From Marsupella aquatica (taxonomy: Eukaryota > Plantae > Marchantiophyta): DNA of 64,000 nt. Shown piece by piece: positions 12,965 to 26,116 of the stretch. Below the pieces are notes generated by a model. That model was not told the origin of the DNA, searched no databases, and saw nothing but the letters and a program-made list of their open reading frames with translations. Location of the stretch: contig OZ316895.1 in NCBI GenBank assembly GCA_973895155.1, positions 24,681,538 through 24,745,537 on the forward strand. Reading direction: 5' to 3'. Position 1 is the first letter of the stretch; every line of letters begins with the position of its first letter. A program made the position numbers and the translations under genes.

Positions 12965-14898
12965 TTAGAAAAAAGCCAGTCCTCCGCCAGAAAATTCAAC
13001 CGCCTGCCAAATGAACAGAAGCTGATCAATGATATTACTCAAGAGTAGAAGATGCCTGCAGAGATGACACGAGAACATGCGGAACTCTGTTCTATACATT
13101 GATTTAGACTTGGGACGATGGAAAAATAGAAGTTCACTGATCCCCAAGTGCGGCAAGGCAAAAACTAAAGTTCAATTGAGTTTCTTGCAACAACTTCGTT
13201 CTACCAAGTCTGCCGGGCCGAACTGTTCAGAACTATACCTTGTACCGCTCTCAAAACAACGCAAGCAGGTTACTACCCCTATTGACCACTAAGAAACATA
13301 CCGGAGATGGCGCAAGAGTCGACACCCAATCTGAAGCATGTGATGGCAGCAGCCCGAGTGAATTGAGCTGCAAATGCAAATTGTGCCAAATTAGAGTAGA
13401 AAACAGGAATGACTTCTTCTACAGTGTAAGACAAAGCTGAAGTTGACCCGTTCTTGCTCTAAAACAAAGTCCAAACAGCCATGTACCTTATAGAGTCCCA
13501 TCCCCATCCCTATAAAGTTCATGAGAATGTAAAGAAGCTTTGGAAGAAGAGTATCTGTTCGAGCATCTTTGAAAGGTTCAAAAACTGCAACAAAACCCAC
13601 AATATTCCCACAAGCGCACCTTGAGAAATTCAACAAGTAAAAAGTCCTCCAATGGGCTCATCTAACTCCTCATTCTGTCATGCCTACAGTTTGACGAGTC
13701 CAGTAAAAGAAAGAAGTTCTTACTCTAAGGACAGACTTCATAACATGCATGATGATATTAAGACGGAAGTTAATCGAACTAGACCGTATATAAGTTCTGT
13801 CACTTGACTACTCTGACTGAGAGTTCCAAGTCAGGGGTAAAAGGGACTCATGGACGAATTAGTACTCAATACCCAAGCACTCTGCGGCGTAAAAAAGCAC
13901 TACGGCAAAACCTTCTCAAGAGTGACTCTTGCCTTTGTTGACACCCTGGAGGGCACTGATCGGCTGCCAAAGTGCCGAGAATGTGATTCCTATACTGAAC
14001 AAATGAACTGTGCTGCCAGCCATCCACATCATGAAGCCCATCATGAACAAATTCTTGAATGGTGCTTGGGCCGTCTCCCATGCTTTCTGTTCAAAGATAA
14101 CAGACAAATCGAGTAGAGCGCATTCAAATACAAATTCGTCTTCAAAAAAGTCAAATCAAACAAACTAGTATCTAGAAACGATAGAGCTTTCGAAAATCGT
14201 GAACAGTCAACAGCACCGAAGAAGAAAGAAAGTTGATCAACGTAGAACCGGAGGGAAGAATACATGAACGGAAGGAAGGAGGACAGAAAACCTAAATGAG
14301 AGAATGAATGTAGTCCGTGTCCCTTGTGTTTGCAAATTGAAGCAAGAACTTCCACCTGTACGGCTATGGTCGTTGTTTGCAGGGAAGAATTCTACTAAGT
14401 AATACAGGGGCACACACAAAACACATATGGGTTGGCTCACCGCTTGTTTGAAGTTCGCATCAATCTCCTTCTTCTGCTTACTGGGCACACTCTCTTCCTG
14501 CGAAAAAAGAATATCAATGATTTAGACCTTTAGGCTGCGTGGTCCCTCCTAGCAACTTTTGCACCAATATAATCAATCATTTTCACTACTTCGAGTCAAA
14601 CTCTTCTCCTAACCCTAAATTAATAGCCTTGCTGAATTGAAAGCAGAACTCATAAATCGAATTAAAACTGGAGGGGTAAAACGAAATAGATAGGACAACA
14701 CCAAATCAAAAAGGAAGGGAAGAGAGTGCCGACCAATTCAAGAGAGGAGCGGGAGAAGCCGATAGGATCAGGAACATCTCTCAAAGAGGAAGACGATGAA
14801 GTTGCAGCATCCGACAGCTCCACGGCCCACTTTCTACCTGCACTTACTGATCCTGTAGCTCCTCCTCCTCCTTTTCCCGCTCCGACCTTGTCCCCCAT
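12965..14898 (-). CDS. EMC4: ER membrane protein complex subunit 4, 192 aa, 6 exons
   Basis: Exons 14898-14734, 14497-14441, 14086-13933, 13584-13487, 13367-13302, 13003-12965. Motifs KAWETAQAPFKNLFMMGFMMWMAGSTVHLFSIGIT, KLNSLGLLPSHASDW, VEFSGGG. Intron 3 is GC-AG. Confidence 0.95.
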
Positions 14899-17299
14899 CC
14901 TGGTCACCAACCTTTCTTCGTACGCTTCTTCACTCACTAAACGAAGAATCAGATTTCTTTCTAAGCTCGGTCACAACGTCCTGTATGTACAGTGGGTGGG
15001 AATTACAGGTTAGAGACGGAAAGAGAACCCAGATGGAGGAATTGCATCGCCGAGCGAGCTTGAGACAGAAATACAACAGAGGAGTTCCGCACTCTATGGT
15101 TCAACTAGAATTAGACCATGCAGTGCAGTGTCCCTTAACTGTGAAACTACATAAAGTTTGGCGGGCATATATATAATTAGAAATCGAAGACTAACGAGAT
15201 ATCTGTAACAAGAGCAAGACTTTTGAACGGTTTGCACTCATGCTGGTTACAGATCTCAACATAATTCGACAAAATTTAGGTCGCGAGCCAGTACTGGCAG
15301 GACATATTTGTTCAACAGTTTAACAATTGCCAGAGGTGACCAATTACATTGCCTGGGCTGACTTCTTCCCAAAGATATCGAGGAAACAGTCTCGAGATCC
15401 TACAAAGATTTGACTCCCTCTAATCCCAAAGTTCCTATTCTTTCAAGAATCCTCAAATGGTCCTCTGCCCGGCTAGCGAGTAGAAGAAAAGCGGAGATAC
15501 TAAGGTCAATACCCTGATATTCTTTAGTGACTCTGCCCGCCAGAGCTGTGTTGCTCCCTCTGCCACTGCTCTGTCCCTTTCAGATGCATGTAGTCCACTA
15601 AGAGCTAGCACCGAGACGTCCACTATTCGACACAGTTGGCTAACTACAGCAGAGTACACTTAGCCGCACCCTTATGCTACAGTCCTTGACCTTCTTGGAC
15701 TCCCTGCAAGATTTTTCTCTTTGTTTATTTCTGAACTTTATGGAAGCAACATCACACGCAATGCAACGGCATTTCCTCTACTTGTGTATTGGTAAAGAGA
15801 GTGAAATCTGAACTTACGTTAAATTTGGGTGTCTTGATATGTGAAGAAAGGAGAGCAGAATCAAAACTCGTAGGAGTGAAAGTCTTTCAGGGATTAGGAT
15901 CTATTAACTCAATAATAGCCCCTCAAAATTTGGGCTGTAGCCCTCGCTTTTCGAGCACTATATCACACAAAGACCTGGAAACAGAGAAACAGGGCCTACT
16001 ACATACAAAACCCATCAATTGCAGAGTTCCTCGCTGGAAAGTTCATATTACCCCCAGCAAAGCAATTCGTATGTATCTGCGAATGTTGGTTCCCTACTCA
16101 TCAAATGAATGTCTTGCGCGTCGTGGACAAATTCACATCGGATTTCAGTGCTTTGACTCCAACATAGTAAAGTATATAAGAAATTAGGTTTAGCGAAAAG
16201 ATGACGACCTTGATCTGAAAGTTTCTCGAGTCAACTTCCCAACCTGGCCAAGGAATCGTGCAGATGTTTCACACAGTTGGTGTCCTCCGTGTTGGCAAGC
16301 AAAGCCCTCAAGTCCAGGAAAGGGATAACCACGAGCGGAATCTTGCTCTGCTCCGATCTTCTTGGCAGAAAGCTCCGCCTCCTGCTGAGCTCCACAAATC
16401 CGCTCGGCTGTTACCGCAATACTTCAAACCTCAGCCCAAGCAAAGCGCTTCAAAGAATGACATGTAATTTACCTCTGTCTAATTTACCTCGTTTGTTGCC
16501 CCCTCCGTGTGGAGCTGCTTTTTACGGTTAAGGTCGGCTATAATACTTTATGGAATACGGGGCCCTATATGCCCGGGCTTTTCAGTGCGCAAGGAGTGCG
16601 GTTGGTCCATAGAGAATGGGGAGGAGGGGAGTGTGGCGCAACGGACATTTATGGGGGGGCATTTGCGCCATGGGTGTCCATTTGCTCCATCAATGGTCCG
16701 GAAAACAAGCAAACGAATCCATCCAAGGACGGATCTTTCCTGCCCAGGAGTTGGAGTTATTTTGTATTAGGACAAAAGACAAAAAGTGTAGGATCTTTTA
16801 TTATACTTGTAAATTACTATAATTGACCATAATTATATAAGGTCTACCCAAGTATGAATGGCGACTGTAAGGGATATTAATCAAAAGTTACAATAGAAGG
16901 TTGCGCCAAAAATTCACTCAAATTTGACGTGCTATTTTGAGTAGAAGTAATGAAAACCTGAAAATGAAAAGAATACACCAAAAGTGATGTTTGGTATGGA
17001 TATGGATGATTTACCAAGCAATAAGAAAAAGCAGGAACCAATCATGACCATTCATCAAAATATATATTTTTACACCATTAGATCTATCCATCCATACACT
17101 CCATCTAGAATAAATGTCTACCCAAGCTGCCCTTTAGCCTGTAGTCACTTGCCATAGATAAAAAAATTCATTAAATTTCTTTACATTTAAATTCTTAAAA
17201 TTTAAACAATTGAAAAAAACTTCAAAAAATTGTAAAACTATTGAATATAAATAAAATGTTTATTTCTCTAGAAAAATTGAAGTAAAAACAAACAGATTT

Positions 17300-19330
17300 G
17301 TTCCTGTCGCTCAATTGTGTTTGGATTCCCAATCTCGCGTCTTCAATTTTTATGTGCAACCCACTACTGTAGTTATTGAACACAACCACAACATCTACAT
17401 GGTCAAGATCATACATAACATGCCTCATAAATTACATTGCAAAGTTTATATACTTTGTCTCTCCTTGAGATTTTTTTTCGCCTTGACATTTGTTTATAAT
17501 CTTTACACATTTATCTCTCCATAACATCTTTATCCTGTCTTGACATTTTTTGGTCACATTAATATTTTTATCTCACCATGACATTTTTTTCCTCTCCAGG
17601 ACATCTTTTTCTCTCCTCAAGATGTTTTTCACCTGGCTTGACATCTCTTCCTCGCTTCAACATCTTTCTCTCACTTTGACATCTTATATTTTTCTCATTG
17701 TGACATCTTTTTCTCACCTCACCATCATTTCTCTCCTCTACATATTTTCTCACGTCAACTACTTTTCCTCCCCTCGACATCTTTTTCCACCTCAACATTT
17801 CTCACCTCAACCCCAACTTCAACGTCTTTTGTGCATTGCACAAGCATGAGGCTAGTATCCCATAAAGGGATGAGTGGCCCCACCTTAGCATTAGAGTGAG
17901 GTTGTCAAATGCAAAATGTGAAACCTATTTTACTGTGCATACTGACATCATAGTGTATACCCAACTACTGCGCTGGCAAAAACAGTCAACTAGCAAACGA
18001 TATGTTTATATGGCCAGTTTTTAATGAGAATGATATAATCTTCTAATTAAGTGCTTGTGTGTCAGCTTATGATGTTAGGAATTGACTCGAGTTCCCGACT
18101 TTTAGTTAGTTTGGCCTTACTAGAGTTAGTTAACCCTGGATTACATTAGGATAAGATCCGTTGGTGTACTCTGTGTGAGATTGAGTGTTCTCATGTTTTG
18201 CATTGCTGCCTAGTCTGGAGCCAATAGTTTCTTACATATGAGTGAACCAAAAAGTGAATAGAAGCCTAGATGACCTTATCGGTATAGTATTACTAAAGTC
18301 AAAAGGCAAATATAGAATATTGTTGTGCATACGTTCTGCAGAGTGCTCAAGACTTTGCCCTTCACAATATGGTACATTGTCTTGTACAAACCTTATTGCC
18401 ACAGATCATATTAATTCTTCAACTTGTTGGGATGACATAGCTTGGTCATGAGCCTAGGTTTGCTTTGGTGTCCTTATCTTTGAATAGTTCCAATACCCTT
18501 TTGTTTGTAGAGTATCGTCATTAGTTGTTGAGGGGCATTGTTGTGGAGCATAAATGACATGGCCACGTAGTCAAACCAAGGGGTCTGCGGCTGGGCCTGA
18601 CAACTGGATTTCAAGGAATGTGCAAAATGCAAGGAGAAGGATTTGTAGGGTGTGAGCAAGGGTGGGAAAAGGGTACATAGTGGCACCTTGAGGCCCACCT
18701 CATCATCTCATGGTAAAGGAAAAATGTCATCATTATCGAACGGCCAAGAAAGCTTCCAGCCAACATGACATTTTATAAACAAATGGTGAGGAAACAAATA
18801 CAGGATTGTATATTATAGTGGTTAACTAATTTGATGCCAGTGCGTTACACAAAAGATGCCAAGTAGGAAAAGATATTGAGGACAAGGTTGAAGAGAGACA
18901 AATCTCAGGCAAGGCAAAGATCTCGATGAGAAGCAAAGATGTCAGGATCAAAAGGAAAAGATATTGAGATGAGGCAAAGATGTCAAAGAGAGGCAAGGAA
19001 ATTCAATGAGAAAAGTAAATTTTTAAGGCATGTGAAATGTCACTGTGACCATTTTGTCATCATAGTCATTGATTATTGCAGCCATGTGGTCATTAATGTG
19101 GTCATGGTGTCGAGCTGAGGCAAGAAATGCAGGCCGGGTTGTTAATGTGGTCATGATGTTGTTGCTATCATGGGATCAATGCCAGTGTGTTACACAATTG
19201 TCTTTGTAGTTGGGTAAATTAATTCAAGTTGGCTATCCTATCTCCCTTTCCTTTCTTGTTGGACAGAAATATTGAAGTGAGGTAAAGAATTGCAGGTGAG
19301 ACAGAGAAATGTTAATTCTCCAATTGGGTC
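17300..19330. mobile_element. Degenerate foldback/TIR element with inverted subterminal repeats
   Basis: Pyrimidine-rich (ttgacatctt/ctc) repeats at ~17450-17830 mirror purine-rich (aagatgtcaa/gag) repeats at ~18870-19030. acatgcctcataaattac (~17418) resembles the reverse complement near 19015-19032. Boundaries approximate. Confidence 0.45.
18073..18236. mobile_element. 164-bp solo LTR (TRIM-like) with 5-bp TSD TATGA
   Basis: Starts TGTTAGGAA and ends TTCTTACA. TATGA at 18068-18072 and 18237-18241. Related copy at 26194-26475. Confidence 0.85.
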
Positions 19331-19839
19331 ATTTGTGCAATCGTGTTCATAGGTACAAAATTTTGATCGAGTGGTGGTTGTTATTACTCAGGACTTGGCC
19401 AGGCCCTTCGGACGGTTGGTCATCAGGAATATTGAGTTTTATAAAAAAAAATAGCATATTGTAGACTTTGTGGCTCCTTGAGTCGGCAGTGGCGCCCTGT
19501 GCAGTAGAGCAAGTCAGACCACTATGTTTTTCAGATTTATTATTAGAGGCTGGCCCCCTAAACTACTGTTGCACAATTAGTGTGTTTTCCAGATTTCTGA
19601 TTGCACAGTTATTATGTTTTTAGTATTTCTGATGGCCAACCTTCCAAAGGAGAAACGTGGTCAAGTCCTTTAGTACATCTTTGTGGTCCATCAAATTCAC
19701 AAGACGTTGGAGGGGCATGGTTATAATGTACACAGGGCTTCAGTGTGTCCAGTGCCGTCGAGCCACAACAGCTCCGGCGCCCAAAATGCCTTGCCGTAAT
19801 TAGCACCGTCGACCACCCTGCAAGCTCACCGAGACGGCC

Positions 19840-19870
19840 TAGGGTTTAACAAAAGCCAGTAAAACCCTAA
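19840..19870. promoter_or_regulatory. Two telo-boxes (TAGGGTTT, AAACCCTAA) upstream of NOP56
   Basis: TAGGGTTT at 19840-19847 and AAACCCTAA at 19862-19870. Telo-boxes are typical of plant ribosome-biogenesis promoters. Confidence 0.7.
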
Positions 19871-20106
19871 CCGAGTCCAATGTGTGTGGGGTCGTGTTGC
19901 TGAGTGTGAAGTAGTATCGTCCTTGAGAGAGTGCAAATCTAAATGCCTGACGAGGTGTGGATGATCCCGATCCCAGAGCCGGTTACGCTTCTCTAGCTGG
20001 TCGATTCCTCAGAACTTCATATTGGGATTGTTGGGTTGGCGCTAATCGTTGGGACTGAGGAATTTTTCGTAGTCGGGCGCATTCTGATTCCCAAAGGAAG
20101 AACACG

Positions 20107-23100
20107 ATGTATTTGCTCTACGAGTCGGCGCCAGGCTATGCGTTGCTGGAAACCGTAGGGATTGATGAGATCGGCCAAAATTTGGAACCCGTGCAGGATT
20201 CTGTGTTGGAGTTCAGTCGCTTTGGGCAGATTGTGAAGCTGACTGCTTTTCAACCGTTCGAGTCTGCTGCTGATGCACTAGGACAAATCAATGCCGTTTC
20301 TGAAGGTCATTCCTCTCTCAAACCGTCTATCCTGTCATGTTCAGTGAATGTACCTATCTTTTTGGCTTTAGTTGTATTCCGCGGCTTCCTGCAGACAAGA
20401 AATAGGAAGGAAAGGAAGTTGTCTACCTTAATCTTTGTGCTGGATTTCAGCCGTTTTAAACCCTCTGTTGCAAAAAATGGTGGCATCTGATTATTAATTC
20501 TTAACGCCAACGGTGTACTTCCACATGTGGTCCGTCGTGACATCAGGAATTATCTAGTGGGGTGTATGGGATGTCCCATTGCTGGTGTACATTTGGTTCA
20601 ACTTGTTAGCGAGCATGCTATGGAGTGTTTACCTGGAATGTTGTCTGACGCATCTCACCTCCAATTCTACATAAGTGGAAGTCATGGGATTGCAAATGAT
20701 TAATTGTTGGCTTTCTCCTTGCAGGCATTCTGACCCCAGAACTGCAGAGCTTCCTGGAGTTAACTCTACCTAAAGTTAAGCCCGGCAAAAAAGTCAAGTA
20801 CAGCTTGGGTCTGTCAGAGTCAAAGTTGGGTTCTGCTATTCAGGAAACTACGGGCATCCCTTGTCAGAGCAATGCCTTCGTATTGGAGTTTATCCGTGGA
20901 GTTCGTCTTCACTTCCGCCTGTTTCTTAAAGACCTTAAGGTGAGATCCCGCTTGTTCCTTTGCGCCGTATTATTGCCCTTTATCGGCCATAAATAGAATT
21001 GAGGCTGTTATTCACTGCATTCTGATGTCGGGGGGGATATATGCCAACGAGATTCCGAAGGCAGTTGGGGGTACTGGCGGGAAGTGCTTGTTTCGTCGTA
21101 TTTCCCTATCTCCTGGGGTCCTTGCATTGCGAACTCAACGTGTGAGAATTGTTATTATTGTTGTTTACAGGAAGGTGATTTGGAAAAGGCTCAGCTCGGG
21201 TTGGGGCATAGTTATAGTAGATCGAAAGTGAAGTTCAATGTCAACAGGGTTGACAACATGATTATCCAGAGTATTTCCTTGCTGGATACTCTGGATAAAG
21301 ACATCAATACCTTTTCTATGCGAGTGAGGTCTGGATCTGCCTGTGATGCTATCCCGTTCTTATGACTCTTCGCTTCTGTTGATCTAAGCTGACTCAGTGT
21401 GTCGGTGTTCCTGTTAGGAGTCCGTAATGACTTTTCGCGTACTGCTTGACTTGAATTCAGAGAGTGGTATTCGTGGCATTTTCCTGAGCTGGTGAAAATT
21501 GTGAACGACAACTACCTGTATGCCAAAGTGGCGAAATTTGTGAAAGACAAGTCAAAACTCGACGATGATGCGATTCCGATGCTGACTGAGATAACGGGCG
21601 ACGAGGAGAAAGCAGAGAACATTGTGGAAGCAGCCAAAGCGTCCATGGGTATGAACCATCCGTGAGTCATGTCAGCGTCTGGGCAATGGATGCCAAATAA
21701 AGTCCACCTTTCCACTTTGGTGATCTGTCAATGTCCCTTCCTATGCATATAATGCAGTTTTTGGTGACTCATTTGTGGCCCCTGTTGTGCAACTGCAGGG
21801 CAAGACATATCTCCTGTTGACTTGATTAACATTGAAAACTTTGCCCAAAGAGTAGTGGATTTAGCCGAGTATCGAAAGCAGTTGCATTCATATTTGGTAA
21901 CCAAAATGGGGGACGTAGCTCCTAATCTGGCTGCACTCATTGGCGAGATGGTTGGTGCCCGGCTTATATCTCATGCCGGAAGTCTTACGAATCTAGCAAA
22001 ATATCCAGCTTCAACTGTTCAGATTCTCGGTGCTGAAAAAGCTCTGTTCAGGTGAAAATGCTAATGTCTTTAGAAGGACTTCCATTCTTGATGCTGACTA
22101 GATCTCTATTTAGCCTGGAGTGGGAGATTCTCATCAGTTTGGTGTTCCTGTGGTTCTTTGTAGGGCGCTGAAAACCAAAGGAAACACTCCCAAATACGGG
22201 CTTATCTTCCATTCTTCTTTCATTGGACGTGCCACTGCAAGAAACAAGGGACGGATTTCACGATATCTTGCAAACAAGTGCTCTATTGCCTCAAGAATCG
22301 ATTGCTTTTCAGGTGGGATACCGAAACCGTTTTGTCATTGTGCTGGTATGTTATACTTTTTAGGCTCAGTGCTATCCAAGATGGAATCATTTTTCTTCGT
22401 GGATCCACACAAGGGCAAGCTGCACTGTAAGGAGCTGTGGGAAGCCGACTGTCTATGTCCATCAAAAATAGTTTTGTACCCAGCAAAGGACATAGCCTTT
22501 CTTTTGGCGGCACTTCGTTGTAATGTGAAGTGGACCTCAAGCTTTTGACGTTCCCGATGGGTCGCTATAATGCCAGAGATCAGCTCGAATGTATTTGGCG
22601 AGAAACTGAGGGAACAAGTGGAGGAACGGTTAGAATTTTACGATAAAGGAATTGCACCCCGAAAGAATGTGGATGTCATGAAGGATGCATTGAAACTTGC
22701 GGAGGAGGGTGCTCAGAAGACGGAGGATGTAGACATGAACGAGGCAGATGCTGGGGCCCCAGCTGCAGGTTGTAATCTTCTTTCACCGCAATGCAGAGTC
22801 GTTTGAATACTGATTAATGGAGATTGTCAACCAAAGTCTAATCCAGTAATTGCCGTTGTAGAGATGTGATAGCAAGCAGGTCAACTATATTGAAAATCCT
22901 TCTGAAGATTATGAGAATGTTTTGCAGAGGGTGAGAAGAAGAAGAAGAAGAAAAAGAAAGATAAGGTGTCAGAAGTACAATTTGCTCCATCTCAAAATGG
23001 TGAGCGGGAAATTTCTAACTTGAATCTGATTTTGTAGGGCGATGAGAGTATGTTGAGGATACGTGCACGAAGGTGCTGGTTCTAATTCAAAACTTTCCAC

Positions 23101-23589
23101 TTCTGCAGGTGGTGAGAAGAAGAACAAAAAGGCCAGCAAGGAGCTGTCGGGAGTGACAGGAGTACAGGCCACTCCTGAAATCCCAGCTGGTGAGGATAGT
23201 AACGAGGCCCACATATTCGTGAAAGGAAATTTCTTTATTCACCTTTTGGAGGCTTACGGTGATTTTATACAATGATTATATATATATATATATATAGTAT
23301 TACCAATGTCTTACGTAATCCAGAATTGCATTTTGAGCCTTTTCCTGCCATTTTGCAGATGGAGAGACGAAGAAGAAAAAGAAAAGAAGCAAGGAGGAAG
23401 CGGTGACTGTCCCTGCAGAAAATGGTGAGGCGCAAGCTAACACTCAGCTCACGAGTGTGTAAGGAAATGAAAATTGTGTTCGACACTGTTGGACGTGTCT
23501 TCTGGTGATAGCAACTGAAACCTTTTCTGCCTTGTTTTACAGGTGGTGAGAAAAAGAAGAAAAAGAAGGTTGCTGCAGAAGCAGCTTGA
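20107..23589 (+). CDS. NOP56: Nucleolar protein 56 (box C/D snoRNP core), 11 coding exons
   Basis: Exons 20107-20305, 20725-20939, 21171-21328, 21461-21648, 21799-22051, 22164-22312, 22577-22768, 22928-22999, 23109-23189, 23359-23424, 23543-23589. Motifs [74 protein letters not shown], and a Lys-rich tail. Confidence 0.97.
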
Positions 23590-24997
23590 AAATGGAAGAC
23601 GACCAGCAGAAGAAAACTGCTCATGTATATGTACAACTACTACGTAAACTTTAACCAGGAGTCGAAGAAATCAAGCTGGTGATGATTTGTCAACCATGCC
23701 TGCTGCATTGCTAGTAACTTTCTTTCTAGTTCAGCTCCATTGGCTCTGATAGTCCTGAGTTATGGATAGAGGTGGGGTGATGCAGCTTAGTGGAAGGAGT
23801 TATTTAGATGAACATCCCAAAAATGTGATCAAATTCCTCAATACGTTAGTTAATGCAAACAGTTTAGTAGATTCAATGCTTAGGTGCTGATTAAGATTTT
23901 TGGCTAGAAATTGAAAGTATACAGCCAAACCCAGTGACCAAGGTAGTCGCTACAGCTAGTGAGCTTGCGACAGGATGGGGTTTGTGCCTCCGTTCTTTGG
24001 CTTTTACGTTTTAGTGGTGTTTTCCTCACCCGCGGCAGCTCGCTCATATGTGGCCAAGAAGTTTCCTGAAGCAGATAGGTGGAAATGTGTCACTGTTTAC
24101 TTGTCTTAAAAAATGCATGCCCTGTCTGAGCACTTTTCGTTGACCCTAATTTGCACATTTAAATCCTGTGGCGTGGACTGGAGTTTGGGGATATTATTGA
24201 ATTCACAGAGATTGGAGTTCTACAAACCTGGATGATCCGGCATTGAGATCCTCGTGGACCTGTCCAAACTGGCAAGACACAGACTGGGCTTACGTGCTGC
24301 TACTGACTTTTTCTTATGTATATTATTATGAACCCAAAATTCGTTACCTATGGTTTAAGTGTCCTCCCTCTTACTGAACCCTTTATCTCATGCTGTAAGT
24401 TGAGATCAATGTTGGGCCCGAGGATGCAATTCAAGCTTGCTGAGGAGTCGGACTTATTTTAGCACTCATTTCTGGGCTACGGTGAGTGTGAGCAAGGTCT
24501 TCAACTTTAGGAGCCAACAGCAGCACATTGGTCGTAGGATGATTGATGTGGGTATGTTTTCTAATTTGACATACTTGAAGGGCACATAGATTGCACCATT
24601 GAAACCCCGGAAAGCTCTGATGAAGTGGATTGCTTCAGTTAAACTACGAAATCCTGGCCCTATTTATATTGAAGTTTGGAGCCATGGAGGTCCGTGGAGG
24701 TCCGTTTGGGCTGTCTGGGGAGTTTACTCCAGGAAGTCTTACTCCATCTTGGCAGTCCCCAAGCCAGCCACAATACAATGGAAACAGCAGCTGGCAATCT
24801 CCAAACCGTTGGATATGCTCTTAGTGATCTGGACCCAAAAATGCATCTTTGCAGATTGTCATTGGGGAATAGTTATTTGACCTGTAGCATGATAATACCG
24901 AACTGTGGAAGCTTTCGTCTTGTTTGTGGTTCTAGTCAAAGTATTCATATGCATTACAAATTATGGGGATCCCACAAGCGGAAAGACCCAATATAGG

Positions 24998-25185
24998 GAG
25001 AAAAAAGGGAAAGACCCCGAGAAGAACAAAGAGGCCAAACAAGCCACGGAGTCCCCCACAACAACAAAAAGCCCACTAAGAAGCTGACAACGAGAAAAAA
25101 GGGAAAGACCCCCAGAAGAACAAAGAGGCCAAACAAGCCATGGAGTCCCCCACAACAACAAAAGCCCACTAAGAAGCTGACAACT
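24998..25185. repeat. Tandem repeat, ~94-bp unit, 2 copies (TE-derived)
   Basis: gaaaaaagg(g)aaagacccc.agaagaacaaagaggccaaacaagcca.ggagtcccccacaacaacaaaa(a)gcccactaagaagctgacaac occurs twice. A separate 21-bp duplication lies at ~25326-25368. Confidence 0.9.
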
Positions 25186-26116
25186 AAAACCCTACCTGGT
25201 GGGAAACTGAAACCTTGGTGGAGCTCCTGAGTAAATCAAATAAGAGGTCATGAAGGGGAATCAGTCTAGATGCCCCCAAACCAATTCAAAATTTGCTGGT
25301 AAAAGAATGGTGAAAACCTGAGCCTTCTGAAGTGCAACCTACGCCCTCTGAAGTGCAACCTACGCCCTCTCCCTAAACAAGGCTAGGAGGACTTAAACAA
25401 GGGGTTTCAATATCTCTACAACTGTAGTAATCCTCAGTATATTTCTTACCTGATCAAAATGAACTCATGAACCTCTATGTTGGATCTTGCTGGGTGTGCT
25501 CTTTAACTTGGGTTCTTTGGGTCCTTTGACCTTGCATTTGGTGTAAGAGCAGTTGGCCTCCTCTTCAGCTGTGGTGAAAGGGCTCTTGGGCTGGTCAGTT
25601 TGCTATTGCTGAAATTGGTCGGTTCAGGTTTTATTGGTCTATATAAATAAATGGCTTTGAACACTAAGGACCCACACACAAATGTGTGCTTCTTGTGGGG
25701 AGATGTCAAGTAAGTCAGAGATGACTAGCTCCACAAAATGAAGCGAAGATTTCTTCTTAAGACATTTCTGTAACCAGCAAATTTTTTTATTTGGAATTTC
25801 ATTCTCTTTTAGGAATGCCCAAAATCTTACTCCAGGAAACCCAATAGGGCAAAGAAACAAACCCTGGATTTTGATTCTTGAACAAACTGATCAAGAGGAC
25901 TGAAATCGGAAAGAGTCAAATGCGCTACAATGCTACAAACGGTTATGAAGAGTAGTTGTCTTCTCTTCACCTTTGCTGTGGAGTAAATTGAATTTTGTGG
26001 TTGTGCTCGACTGTGCTTTGAAAGCTGCAGCAAGCCGAAACACAAAATACAAACTTCCGAATTTTGAAGCAAACCATGTATTTGCTATGCTGATCCACAA
26101 CAACAAATTTGTGTTT

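Noticed and set aside
15789-16826. ORFs of 70-132 aa upstream of EMC4
   Set aside because: Mostly non-ATG starts, no motifs and no exon structure.
21329-21460. Intronic box C/D snoRNA in NOP56 intron 3 (GTGATGC...CTGA)
   Set aside because: Imperfect box C, only ~50 nt long, and no recognisable antisense rRNA guide. The other introns also lacked convincing box pairs.
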